Assembly: GCA_964596505.1 (NCBI GenBank)
Contig: CAZQUF010000001.1
Span: forward strand, 1-37,485
Length of the DNA stretch: 37,485 bases
DNA from: an uncultured Candidatus Saccharibacteria bacterium
GTDB lineage: Bacteria > Patescibacteriota > Minisyncoccia > Phycocordibacterales > UBA6065
Direction of reading: 5' to 3'
Part shown: positions 23,866 to 32,358 of the stretch, piece after piece
Layout of the letters: each line of letters opens with the position of its first letter
Numbering within the stretch: position 1 is the stretch's first letter
Program-made: the position numbers and the translations under genes
The notes under the pieces: model-generated
Databases searched by the model: none
The model's input: only the letters and a program-made list of their open reading frames with translations
Told to the model about the DNA's origin: nothing

Positions 23866-25906
23866 TGTGCTTAATGGAGGGCATAAAGTAGCCGAGAAGA
23901 CCAAAGAAAGCATCCAGAGCGGACTGCTCGCGTGCGAGAAGAGGTTCGATAAGGAACGCAGGTCCGATGAAGACCGCTCGGTCTACTATCTCATATCGAA
24001 AGATATCCTCGCCGCCTCTCCGAGCCTGTACGGCGACTTTCTTGGATTGCTTGAGGGACTCGAGCAGAAAGACCTCGAGACCTTCAATGAAGGATGCTTT
24101 CCTCTCTACCAGGCGCTGCTCACGGTCTATCAGAAAGGCAGGCGCGATCTCGGTGAGCCTATCTATAGCGGCAGGGATCTCTTGAAGATCAGAAAGAATA
24201 TAGAGGGCCTCAAAGCAAGAATTGCGGAAGGCGTGCCGCCTAAAGATATTTTTGAGGCTGGGCGTCAGGACCTCATCGAGCGCATTAAACAAGGTTTTGC
24301 AAAGCGTTTCGGTATAAAGAAGGTTCCTGAGCATTTCGACAAAGAGAGGATCAGGACGGTTCAGGACTTCATCCGCTATATCTCGAATCTTGCGCATAAG
24401 GACGACACAAAAGAGGCCTTGCTGGCTTTCTACTTCTCGCTTTGCCTGAACGACGAGTGGCACGCCTTTAGAGCCGGAAAGGCGGTAAACGTCGGCGATT
24501 ATCTCGAGGACGACAAGAAAGAGATCGTCGAAGCCGTCCTTAAGCAGTATTCCCCAGACAAGATCATTATGCCGTCCCTGCTCGGCATAGAGGAGAACCA
24601 GATAGGCGCATTCAGAGAGGCGCTTGAGACCGAAACGGTGGCAACCACTCTCGGGAGCATACAGACCATAGACATGAAGCTTGGGAACGCGAAGCGGGGC
24701 ATAGAGACGCTCGGGGATCTCGACGCCTATCCTGAAGAAAAGGATAAGGCCACCCTCGCCTTGTGCCTCAAGCATCACAAAGCGGTAGGCCAAGCGCTCG
24801 CCGAGCTCTTCGGCTCTCTAAAGAGTAAGAAGCCGATCTCGGAGTCGTCTAGACTCATAGCGGCAAGGCTTGCCGATATATACGGCGTAGATTCATGGAC
24901 GGCGGGCGAGATCAAGAGGGTCCAAGACGATGTGAAGGTCGTAAGCCTCATCGTCGATATGCTCAAGAAAGTCGAAGACGAGGACATCGATCGAAAGATA
25001 GAAGAGTTGCACGCGGCGCTCGAGCCCTCTGAGAGCGTCATTCGCATCTTCCAAAAGATCGGCGAAGAGTTCGAAAGGAGCTCTGGCGCTCTCGCTCTCT
25101 CTCACGACCTTGCGTATCTCGAGAATATATTCGTCAAGAACGACGACAAGCTCGATGACATCGAGAAGAAAGCGGCGAAGGATTATATCGATGGTATACG
25201 GAACCTCATGACGGGCCTCGAAGGCATATCTATGCGAGTTAAGGAATACTTCGAAAAGGTCGCGAAAAGCATCCATGGCGCCAAGAAAGAGATCCTTGAG
25301 AGTCGCATGGAAGAAATACGAAAAGTCCTTCATGCGACGGGCGAAGCCATGAATATCACGAGCACGATGACGTCGAACATGAACCTCCTTATCGAACATA
25401 TGAGGCAGTGTCTCGGCTGTCGTACTACAGAGATCAATAACGATACCAACCTGACGTTCGGCGAACCTTACAAGTTCTATCTTCTGAGCCAGACGGATGA
25501 CTTCAGCGATAGCATCGCTGACGAGATCGTCTCTTTGCTGCCCGTAACGTTCGAAGACGGAAAGAAGGGTATGGCCTTCGTGCTCGATCAATTGTATGGT
25601 ACGAAGTCGTCCGATGTGCTTGCGAGCCATATAAAGACGATAGAGAAGAAGCGCGAGGGGCTCAAGGCGCGATTCCCTGACGCGCATATCCCGATCGTCG
25701 TCTCTCAGGCCGCGCTCAGGAGCGTTGGTCTTGATGGCTCCTTGCTTATGGATCGTCTCAATGCGACCGGGAAAAAAGATATATTCCTCGCTTCGGACTT
25801 GAGTATTACGATACCCGTCTCTGCGTTGGGCGAGCACTATACCGAATTTGGCGGTGGGGCGCGTAGCGCTGGCCCGCGAAGCGTCGCGGCTCTCGTTATC
25901 GCCTAG
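23846..25906 (+). CDS. Large hypothetical protein, part 2 (686 aa), probably continuous with 21010..23865
   Basis: ATG 23846 overlaps the upstream stop by 20 nt with no SD. Its frame is already open from 23801 (IGGAGGLKYVERLAQMM...). It is helical and charged, with no recognisable motif. It ends convergently, overlapping miaA by 11 nt. Confidence 0.65.
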   Translation: MMSSVDNVLNGGHKVAEKTKESIQSGLLACEKRFDKERRSDEDRSVYYLISKDILAASPSLYGDFLGLLEGLEQKDLETFNEGCFPLYQALLTVYQKGRRDLGEPIYSGRDLLKIRKNIEGLKARIAEGVPPKDIFEAGRQDLIERIKQGFAKRFGIKKVPEHFDKERIRTVQDFIRYISNLAHKDDTKEALLAFYFSLCLNDEWHAFRAGKAVNVGDYLEDDKKEIVEAVLKQYSPDKIIMPSLLGIEENQIGAFREALETETVATTLGSIQTIDMKLGNAKRGIETLGDLDAYPEEKDKATLALCLKHHKAVGQALAELFGSLKSKKPISESSRLIAARLADIYGVDSWTAGEIKRVQDDVKVVSLIVDMLKKVEDEDIDRKIEELHAALEPSESVIRIFQKIGEEFERSSGALALSHDLAYLENIFVKNDDKLDDIEKKAAKDYIDGIRNLMTGLEGISMRVKEYFEKVAKSIHGAKKEILESRMEEIRKVLHATGEAMNITSTMTSNMNLLIEHMRQCLGCRTTEINNDTNLTFGEPYKFYLLSQTDDFSDSIADEIVSLLPVTFEDGKKGMAFVLDQLYGTKSSDVLASHIKTIEKKREGLKARFPDAHIPIVVSQAALRSVGLDGSLLMDRLNATGKKDIFLASDLSITIPVSALGEHYTEFGGGARSAGPRSVAALVIA

Positions 25907-26828
25907 CTTTGTTGAGGAATTTCCGAACTGCGCCCTCGACTTTTCGATTCGAAGTTGGCCCGAACCATTCGATCGATTTGTTTGCCCCGAACCACCTCAT
26001 TTGCCTCTTCGAGAAATCGACGATCCTGTTCTCGAGCTCGACGAGCATCTCGGTCTTCGAGAGCTTCTTTTGGAGATAGAGTGCGGCGTATCTATACTCG
26101 AGGCCGAATTCATGGAGGCGTTTCCATGAGACGCCTTTTTTGTGGAGTCGCGCGGTCTCGCGGATAATCGTATCACCCCGCATGCGCTTCATCAGGCGGG
26201 CATGGATGCGTTCCCGGAGCGTTTCGCGATCGGTCGTAAGGCCGATGAAGAGAGTTTCATAGAGCTTCTTCCGTTTCGCGCCGGGAGAGGGGTCTATTTT
26301 TGGTACGAAGCCAAGGGTGCGCGCTATCTCGATCGCCCGGATAATGCGTACTTTGTTACGGGGATCGATGTCGCGAGCGCGACGAGGGTCGAGTCGGCGA
26401 AGCTCCCTCATGAGGCTTTCGACCGGCTTTTTTGCGAGCCGCGCACGGAGCTTTTTGTCAGGCGGCACGGCAGGGAACGTCTCGTCATAGACGAGAGCGT
26501 CGATGTAGAAGCCTGTGCCGCCGCATATGATGGGGAGTTTACCTCGACGGATGATATCGGCGATCGCTTTCGTTCCGTCTCGCTTGAAATCTTCGACGGT
26601 ATAGCGCGGGCTCTTTCGGTTGCGCGGGTCTACGACGTCGAGGAGGTGGTGGGGGATACTTTTCATCTCGCGCTTCGTGATCTTGCCTGCGCCAACGTCG
26701 AGGCCGCGATAGACCTGGCGCGAATCGGCGGATACGACCTCGCCGCCGAACGCGCGAGCGAGCTCGACTGCGAGGCCGCTCTTGCCTGTGGCGGTTGGGC
26801 CGAGGATGACGATGATTTTCTTTTTCAT
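25896..26828 (-). CDS. miaA: tRNA dimethylallyltransferase
   Basis: IIVILGPTATGKSGLAVELA (P-loop), VSADSRQVYRGLDVGAGK and IICGGTGFY are canonical MiaA blocks. Confidence 0.9.
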   Translation of the reverse strand: MKKKIIVILGPTATGKSGLAVELARAFGGEVVSADSRQVYRGLDVGAGKITKREMKSIPHHLLDVVDPRNRKSPRYTVEDFKRDGTKAIADIIRRGKLPIICGGTGFYIDALVYDETFPAVPPDKKLRARLAKKPVESLMRELRRLDPRRARDIDPRNKVRIIRAIEIARTLGFVPKIDPSPGAKRKKLYETLFIGLTTDRETLRERIHARLMKRMRGDTIIRETARLHKKGVSWKRLHEFGLEYRYAALYLQKKLSKTEMLVELENRIVDFSKRQMRWFGANKSIEWFGPTSNRKVEGAVRKFLNKARR

Positions 26829-26833
26829 TTTTG

Positions 26834-26904
26834 TCGGGGCACCGAGAATCGAACTCGGACCTCACGTACCCGAAACGTGTATACTGCCACTATACTATGC
26901 CCCG
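26834..26904 (-). tRNA. tRNA-Pro (anticodon CGG)
   Basis: Manual fold, 71 nt: C1:G72 acceptor CGGGGCA/TGCCCCG (typical bacterial tRNA-Pro), anticodon arm CACGT-TTCGGGT-ACGTG, T-arm CCGAG-TTCGATT-CTCGG, discriminator A. Its 3' end lies 5 nt from the miaA ATG. Confidence 0.85.
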
Positions 26905-26951
26905 ATGGTGCTTCTCATCATACTCCGCACGAACTGCCGCGCAACGTCAGT

Positions 26952-27455
26952 TTAGGGTAAATGAGCGATCCATTTCTCGAGAGTATCCTCAGGTCTAAAT
27001 ATAAAAGCTTTTTCGTTTTCTCTCGGGATTTCTAATTCTCTGTTTCCCCAGTCAATGAGGTGTTGAGGGACATCGTGGCGCTCCTTCGTTTTCAGGTTTT
27101 TCACTCTCCTCTCTTCTCTGATATCATTCGGGGTGTCAAAATAGATAAGGACCGGTCGCGCACCGGATTCGTCTGCCAGTTTCCGTAGATTTTCTCTTCC
27201 GTGGTATTTCAAACTAATATCGTCGAAAATCACGTCTTTTCCTTCAGTCAAAAGCGTTCGCACTCTATCTTTAGACATCTCTAATATCCTATCCCAATCC
27301 TCGTCGCTGTTTTCATCGAGATTCCATTCCTTTTTCTTCTCAAACCATAGCTCGTCTTGGCTGACTCGGATGGCGTCTTTAAGTCGAGCGATTTCTTTCG
27401 ATACCGTAGATTTGCCTGAATAGGCAGGTCCACAGGTTATGTAGAGCTTATTCAT
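26952..27455 (-). CDS. P-loop kinase-like ATP-binding protein (AAA_33 / polynucleotide-kinase / zeta-toxin-like fold)
   Basis: The 167-aa ORF has Walker A GPAYSGKST at residues 9-17 and a Walker-B-like VIFDD. It is clearly AT-richer than the flanking DNA. Confidence 0.75.
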   Translation of the reverse strand: MNKLYITCGPAYSGKSTVSKEIARLKDAIRVSQDELWFEKKKEWNLDENSDEDWDRILEMSKDRVRTLLTEGKDVIFDDISLKYHGRENLRKLADESGARPVLIYFDTPNDIREERRVKNLKTKERHDVPQHLIDWGNRELEIPRENEKAFIFRPEDTLEKWIAHLP

Positions 27456-27468
27456 AAATTCATTCTTT

Positions 27469-27552
27469 TGGTGCCGGAGGAGGGACTCGAACCCTCACAC
27501 CTTGCGATACACGATTTTGAGTCGTGCGCGTCTGCCATTCCGCCACTCCGGC
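27469..27552 (-). tRNA. tRNA-Leu (anticodon CAA), type II, the only tRNA here with encoded CCA
   Basis: Manual fold, 84 nt including CCA: acceptor GCCGGAG/CTCCGGC, anticodon arm CACGA-CTCAAAA-TCGTG, long variable arm, T-arm GAGGG-TTCGAGT-CCCTC, then A-CCA. Confidence 0.85.
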
Positions 27553-27560
27553 TTCACCAC

Positions 27561-27589
27561 AACTTACAACAAAATCCGCTCTTTCTCAA
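27561..27589 (-). promoter_or_regulatory. Putative promoter for tRNA-Leu(CAA)/kinase/tRNA-Pro/miaA unit (-35 TTGAGA, 17 nt, -10 TAAGTT)
   Basis: Hexamers read on the minus strand. The -10 ends 8 nt before the tRNA 5' end. Confidence 0.4.
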
Positions 27590-27638
27590 CGTTGCTTTTG
27601 CGCGGGGTATGATAAAATGTGGGCATAACTCCCATCAC

Positions 27639-28712
27639 ATGGCATCACAATTCATCGGCGATTCGATATTTTGGATAGATACCGACAAGATACGGCCTAA
27701 CCCGTATCAGCCTCGTCGCGAATTCGACCAGGCGGCTCTCAACGACCTCGCCGAGTCGATCCGCACCTACGGCGTGCTCCAGCCTCTCGTCGTCACGCGC
27801 ACCGAGCTACAAAAGGAAGACGGCGGCATCATGGTCGAATACGAGCTCATCTCGGGCGAGCGCCGTCTGCGCGCTTCGAGGATCGCGGGCCTCTCGCAGG
27901 TTCCGGCCATCATCCGCGCCGATTCCGAGGGCGCGCGCATGAAGCTCGAGCTCGCCATCATCGAGAACCTCCAGCGCGAAGATCTCAATCCCGTCGAACG
28001 CGCCCGCTCGTTCGACCAGCTCGTCGAGCATTTCGGCTTGAAGCATATCCAGATCGCCCAGAAGATCGGCAAGTCGCGCGAGTATGTCTCGAACTCTATC
28101 CGTCTCTTGGCTTTGCCGAACGACATGCTCGACGCATTGTCGCAAGGGAAGATCTCCGAAGGCCACGCCCGGCCGCTCCTCATGCTCTCCGACCGTCCGG
28201 CCGAGCAAGCGACTCTTTTCAAGGAGATCACCTTCAAGCGCCTGACCGTCCGCGAGACCGAAGGCTACGCCCGCTCGATCGCCGTCGAAAAGTCGCGCAA
28301 AGGCAAGCAGGCCGCCGTCATCGAGCTCACTGAATTCGAGAAGAAGCTCTCCGAAGCGCTCCACACCCGCGTCCAGATCCAGTCCCATTCGCGTGGCGGC
28401 AAGATCACCATCGATTACTTCTCGTCCGAGGACTTAAAGGTGCTCATCGACATGATGCAGGCCAAGAGCGAAGGGAAGCCGGTGCTTGCGTTCGTGCCTA
28501 CGGCTACGTCTGTCTCTGCGCCTGTAACGCCGGCGCCCGTCGTCGCTCCGGCTCCCGCTCTAGAACCAGAAGTCGCACCTGCCCCTCAAATCATTCCTCC
28601 GGAACACGCCGCTATCGAATTAGAAGCCCCGATAGACGACCGCTCGAAAGACGAGAAGAAAGCGGACGAGAACTCCGACGAGCTCTATTCACTAAAAAAC
28701 TTTTCGATATAA
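27639..28712 (+). CDS. parB: ParB/Spo0J-family partition protein with Pro/Ala-rich C-terminal extension
   Basis: ATG 27639 gives MASQFIGDSIFWIDTDKIRPNPYQPRREF. GVLQPLVV, ISGERRLRASRIAGL, ENLQREDLNPVE and the HTH IAQKIGKSREYVSNSIRLL are present. The N-terminal part of the listed ORF is tRNA-Leu antisense. ATG 27609 is an alternative start. Confidence 0.85.
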   Translation: MASQFIGDSIFWIDTDKIRPNPYQPRREFDQAALNDLAESIRTYGVLQPLVVTRTELQKEDGGIMVEYELISGERRLRASRIAGLSQVPAIIRADSEGARMKLELAIIENLQREDLNPVERARSFDQLVEHFGLKHIQIAQKIGKSREYVSNSIRLLALPNDMLDALSQGKISEGHARPLLMLSDRPAEQATLFKEITFKRLTVRETEGYARSIAVEKSRKGKQAAVIELTEFEKKLSEALHTRVQIQSHSRGGKITIDYFSSEDLKVLIDMMQAKSEGKPVLAFVPTATSVSAPVTPAPVVAPAPALEPEVAPAPQIIPPEHAAIELEAPIDDRSKDEKKADENSDELYSLKNFSI

Positions 28713-28739
28713 AAAACCTGCCCGATACGATCGGACAGG
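28711..28739 (-). terminator. Terminator for the minus-strand 117-aa gene (between convergent genes)
   Basis: CCTGCCCGAT-ACG-ATCGGACAGG (9 of 10 bp) is preceded on the plus strand by AAAAAA, giving a U-tract on the minus strand. Confidence 0.45.
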
Positions 28740-28749
28740 CTCTAGCAGG

Positions 28750-29103
28750 CTATGCCGCCCTGGCGAGCGCGAGCGATTTCACAAGAATCTTTTGGCCCGC
28801 CGGCAATGTCTCGCTACCGAAACAGATCGGTGCGCACATTCCGTAGAAGAATCGGCAGAGTAATGGCAAGCCATCGACGAACACAGGATCGCCCTGCGGG
28901 TCTTTTTTCACTCCCAACCCGTCGGCGACGGTTACCTTCGGGATGAATTCGAGGACACATCCTCGGAGGTTATATACCAGGTCGTGCCACGTGCCGATCG
29001 GCAAGTCGCGGTTCGATGCGAGGACGACATTTTGTCCCCGAAGGAATTCGTCGAAAGCTTCTTTGGTGGCGATGTGATGAGGGAGAACAAGATAGGTAAT
29101 CAT
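28750..29103 (-). CDS. Hypothetical protein (117 aa)
   Basis: ATG 29103 is preceded by GGGGAAAGA. The composition is protein-like. No motif recognised. Confidence 0.5.
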   Translation of the reverse strand: MITYLVLPHHIATKEAFDEFLRGQNVVLASNRDLPIGTWHDLVYNLRGCVLEFIPKVTVADGLGVKKDPQGDPVFVDGLPLLCRFFYGMCAPICFGSETLPAGQKILVKSLALARAA

Positions 29104-29145
29104 TCTTTCCCCATATTCGCTCAAACGAGCGCTAAGTCAAGCCTC

Positions 29146-29173
29146 TTGCTTTGTGGTGTCTCGTATGTAGAAT
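29146..29173 (+). promoter_or_regulatory. Putative promoter (-35 TTGCTT, 16 nt, -10 TAGAAT)
   Basis: Read directly. It is followed by GAAAGG 8 nt before ATG 29191. Confidence 0.4.
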
Positions 29174-29190
29174 CACGTGAAAGGCACTTT

Positions 29191-29442
29191 ATGAATAAAC
29201 AGACACGGATTACGGAAGGAGCTTCTCTCGTCGTAGAAGGTCGGACATTCGACGAGTTGTTCAGACAGGGAAGATTCGCGGATGCGGACGAGAAGCTCAA
29301 GGCGATCGATGTAGAGAAGCAGACTACCGTCGCTCTTTTGTTCTATCTCATGACGACGAAGCCCGCGAAAGATAGGCTGCACATATTTTCTATTCCACCT
29401 TCTTCTTCCTCGCGAACCCGCGCCTCTTCTTCGGCTCTTTGA
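29191..29442 (+). CDS. Possible small protein (83 aa) whose 3' end overlaps the topA 3' end
   Basis: MNKQTRITEGASLVVEGRTFDELFRQGRFADADEKLKAIDVEKQ... is protein-like and has a promoter and a weak SD upstream. The last ~17 codons (PPSSSSRTRASSSAL) are antisense to topA and low-complexity. Confidence 0.35.
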   Translation: MNKQTRITEGASLVVEGRTFDELFRQGRFADADEKLKAIDVEKQTTVALLFYLMTTKPAKDRLHIFSIPPSSSSRTRASSSAL

Positions 29443-31675
29443 ATATCTCGAGCGCGCGCTCGAGGCCGATCGTGTATACGTCGTCTGGCTTCTTCACCGA
29501 GCGAAAATCGGCGTCATGGACGATGTACGGACCGAAACGCCCGATATTGGCGGTGATGACCTTTCCGGTCTCGGGCTGGATGCCGAGCTGGCGGGGGAGC
29601 GTGAGGTAGTGCACTGCCTGTTCGAGCGTGACCTCTTCGGGCTTCACGTCCTTCGGCACGCTCGCACGGCGAAGCTTCGGCTTCGGGACTTTTTTGCTCG
29701 CGCGCTTCTTTTTCGGTTTCTTTGCGCCTTCCGTCGCAGACGCTTCTACGGTCGCTGCGCTCTCCGGCATGACCATCTCAACATACGGGCCGTATTTGCC
29801 GGTCTTGAGGGTGATCTCCGAACCAGTCTCGGGATGGATGCCGATGACCTTATCCTTCGGCATCTCGGTTCCGTCGATCAAGAGAGCGCCGGTGCAGTCA
29901 GGGTAGCGCGAGCAGGAAAGGAACTTGCCCGACCTGCCGAGCTTGATGATCATAGGCGACCCGCATATCGGGCATTTGAGCTTCGGGTCGGCGTCGCCGA
30001 GGTTCGTGGCTTTGGCGAGCTTGTCCTTGGCTTTGACCTCCTTGCTGAACGGTTTATAGAAGTCGGAGAGCGTCTTCTCGTATTGCGCCTCGCCGTCTGC
30101 GATCTTGTCGAGCTTGTCCTCCATCTCTGCCGTGAACGTGTCGCTTATATATTGGTTGAAATTGTCTTCGAGGAACGTCGAAACGACCATGCCGGTATCG
30201 GTCGGCTGGAGATTGCGGTTTTCCTTGGTCACATATTCGCGGTCTTCGAGCGTCTTGATGATCGAGGCATAGGTCGAAGGGCGCCCGATGCCGCGCTTTT
30301 CGAGCTCTTTGACGAGGCCGGCCTCGGAATAGCGGGACGGCGGCTCGGTGAACTTTTCAAGCGCGGCGATTGAGACGAGACCGAGAGCGTCGCCTTGGGC
30401 GACTTTCGGCAGTTCGACATCCTCGCCCTGGGCCGCAGGGTCGGCGTCGAGCCAGCCTCTATATATAGTGCGCGAGCCGTTGGCCTGGAAGTCGGGGATG
30501 GGCGCAGATTTTGCACCAGCGGAGGGCTTCACATTTGCCAGTATCTTGGTCCTCATGACGCGCGAGTCTTTCATCTGTGAAGCGATCGTGCGCGACCAGA
30601 TGAGGCCGTAGAGCTTGACCTCCTCCTCGTTCGCGCCGGCGGAGCGTTTGAAGGCGTCGGTCGGTCGGACGGCTTCGTGGGCTTCCTGGGCATTCTTCGA
30701 TTTCGTGGCGAAGACGCGCGGCTCGGCGAGCTCTTTGCCGAAAGTCTTCTCGATCATAGCAGCGATCTGGCCTACGGCTTGCTGGGAGAGCGTCGTCGAA
30801 TCGGTGCGCATGTAGGTGATATGTCCGGCTTCGTAGAGCTTCTGGGCCGTGCGCATGGTTCTAGACGGGGAAAAGCCGAGACGTGTCGAGGCGGCCTGCT
30901 GAAGGGTCGATGTCGTGAACGGTGCGCGGGGCGAGCGCTTGGCTTCGGTCTCCTCGACCGAGACGACGTGCCAGGGCTCTTTTTCGCTGACGGCGACGAT
31001 GCGCTCGGCTTCTTTCTGTTCCTTCGGCTCTTCGGAGCAGACGAGGGAGAGCTTCTCGCCGCCTTTTCCGCCTTTTTTCGGCGTCGTCGTTTCGGCTGCG
31101 ATAGTGAAATAGCGCTCGGGTATGAACGCCTGTATCTCGCGCTCGCGCTCGACGAGGATGCGGAGGGCCGGGGATTGGACGCGACCGGCAGAAAGGCCGT
31201 AGCGGACTTTCTTCCAGATGACGCCGGAGAGGTCATAGCCGACGAGTCGGTCGAGGACGCGGCGCGCCTCCTGGGCGCGACGGAGGTTCTCGTCGATGTC
31301 GCGCGGCGATTTGAGGGCTTCGATGATGGCGTCCTTGGTTATCTCGTGAAAGACGACGCGATGGACAGGCTTGCCGCCGAAATCGATCGCCTGGGCAATA
31401 TGCCAAGCGATGGCCTCGCCTTCGCGGTCGGGGTCGGTAGCGAGGAGTATCTCGTCGGATTTTTTTGCGAGACGCTCGATGTCGTGGAGAACGCTCTGCT
31501 TTCCGGCGGAGACTTCGTAGTGCGGCGTGAAGTGTTCCATATCGATGGCCTTCTTATTCGACTTCGGCAGGTCGCGGACGTGGCCGACCGACGCGACGAC
31601 GGTATAATCGCTTCCGAGATATTTCCCGATCGTTTTGGCTTTTGCAGGGGACTCTACTATGAGCAGCTTGGACAT
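29390..31675 (-). CDS. topA: DNA topoisomerase I
   Basis: The Toprim N-terminus is MSKLLIVESPAKAKTIGKYLG. The active-site region YITYMRTDS and a C-terminal zinc ribbon (CPICGSPMIIKLGRSGKFLSCSRYPDC) are present. Confidence 0.93.
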   Translation of the reverse strand: MSKLLIVESPAKAKTIGKYLGSDYTVVASVGHVRDLPKSNKKAIDMEHFTPHYEVSAGKQSVLHDIERLAKKSDEILLATDPDREGEAIAWHIAQAIDFGGKPVHRVVFHEITKDAIIEALKSPRDIDENLRRAQEARRVLDRLVGYDLSGVIWKKVRYGLSAGRVQSPALRILVEREREIQAFIPERYFTIAAETTTPKKGGKGGEKLSLVCSEEPKEQKEAERIVAVSEKEPWHVVSVEETEAKRSPRAPFTTSTLQQAASTRLGFSPSRTMRTAQKLYEAGHITYMRTDSTTLSQQAVGQIAAMIEKTFGKELAEPRVFATKSKNAQEAHEAVRPTDAFKRSAGANEEEVKLYGLIWSRTIASQMKDSRVMRTKILANVKPSAGAKSAPIPDFQANGSRTIYRGWLDADPAAQGEDVELPKVAQGDALGLVSIAALEKFTEPPSRYSEAGLVKELEKRGIGRPSTYASIIKTLEDREYVTKENRNLQPTDTGMVVSTFLEDNFNQYISDTFTAEMEDKLDKIADGEAQYEKTLSDFYKPFSKEVKAKDKLAKATNLGDADPKLKCPICGSPMIIKLGRSGKFLSCSRYPDCTGALLIDGTEMPKDKVIGIHPETGSEITLKTGKYGPYVEMVMPESAATVEASATEGAKKPKKKRASKKVPKPKLRRASVPKDVKPEEVTLEQAVHYLTLPRQLGIQPETGKVITANIGRFGPYIVHDADFRSVKKPDDVYTIGLERALEIFKEPKKRRGFARKKKVE

Positions 31676-31687
31676 ATATTGTGCAAA

Positions 31688-31716
31688 GTATTACACGAAG
31701 GCAAAAAAATTAGCAA
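31688..31716 (-). promoter_or_regulatory. Putative topA promoter (-35 TTGCTA, 17 nt, -10 TAATAC, 12 nt to ATG)
   Basis: Hexamers read on the minus strand. No SD. Confidence 0.45.
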
Positions 31717-31758
31717 ATGCGCGTAATGGAAATGAAACCGTTCCCACCATATTTCTAC

Positions 31759-31785
31759 AAAAAAGCCGCCTCACGGAGAGGCGGC
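31759..31785 (-). terminator. Rho-independent terminator after the 195-aa membrane-anchored gene
   Basis: An 8-bp stem, GCCGCCTC/GAGGCGGC, has a 5-nt loop. On the minus strand it is followed by TTTTTTGT. The stop codon (31771-31773) lies within the hairpin. Confidence 0.6.
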
Positions 31786-32358
31786 GGAGAGCCTGGGCGC
31801 GAGCGGAACTCGCGGGATTCGGGCATACGGGCGATCGACCGTGGCGATGAGGTCGTAGGTACTCATGCAGAGTTCGTGGGAGTGCCGAACCGTCGCCTTT
31901 TTTCTCGCCGGGTTGTTCATCGTCGTATTGCCGACGTCGATGACGGTGATGTCGCGGGGACCGTTCAGGAACTGGATCGAATAACCGGCGGGTATCTCGG
32001 CGGCTGCCGTCTCATACTCCGCCTCGACGCCCTGTCTCGCTGGCCGTACCATAATAAGGCTATCATTCGCCTCGGATTCGGTGCAGAGAACGACGTCGAG
32101 GCGGTCACACCACATCTGGACCATATTGAACGTAATCCTTCCCTTGTAGCGTTTTTGGCGACGGTAGAGCCAGATCATGGCTTCTTCGCCATTTGAGCCG
32201 ATACAGTAGGCCAAGAAGGGCTGGATGCCGACCTCTGCAGCCGTCGACGCGCGCTTGCGGAGACATTTGATCACGAACGAGGTAAGACCGATAACGAGAA
32301 GGACCATGACTGCCAAGATGGGAATCAGCGTCCCGTAGGATATTTCATTGATCATCAT
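31771..32358 (-). CDS. Hypothetical membrane-anchored protein (195 aa, one N-terminal TM helix)
   Basis: MMINEISYGTLIPILAVMVLLVIGLTSFVI is followed by a soluble domain. No motif recognised. It lies between dprA and topA. Confidence 0.55.
   Translation of the reverse strand: MMINEISYGTLIPILAVMVLLVIGLTSFVIKCLRKRASTAAEVGIQPFLAYCIGSNGEEAMIWLYRRQKRYKGRITFNMVQMWCDRLDVVLCTESEANDSLIMVRPARQGVEAEYETAAAEIPAGYSIQFLNGPRDITVIDVGNTTMNNPARKKATVRHSHELCMSTYDLIATVDRPYARIPRVPLAPRLSAASP

Noticed and set aside
19717-25837. Long minus-strand ORFs (19717..20802, 23777..24793, 24893..25837) opposite the unknown plus-strand genes
   Set aside because: No homology is available to decide. However, the plus-strand products have balanced composition, TM helices or promoters at their starts, while the minus-strand products have shadow-ORF composition (G/D/E/R/L/H-rich). 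The plus strand was preferred, with residual uncertainty.
29173-29382. 69-aa minus-strand ORF in the gap upstream of the topA 3' end
   Set aside because: It has no promoter or SD, and its composition looks like antisense of the better-supported plus-strand small ORF.
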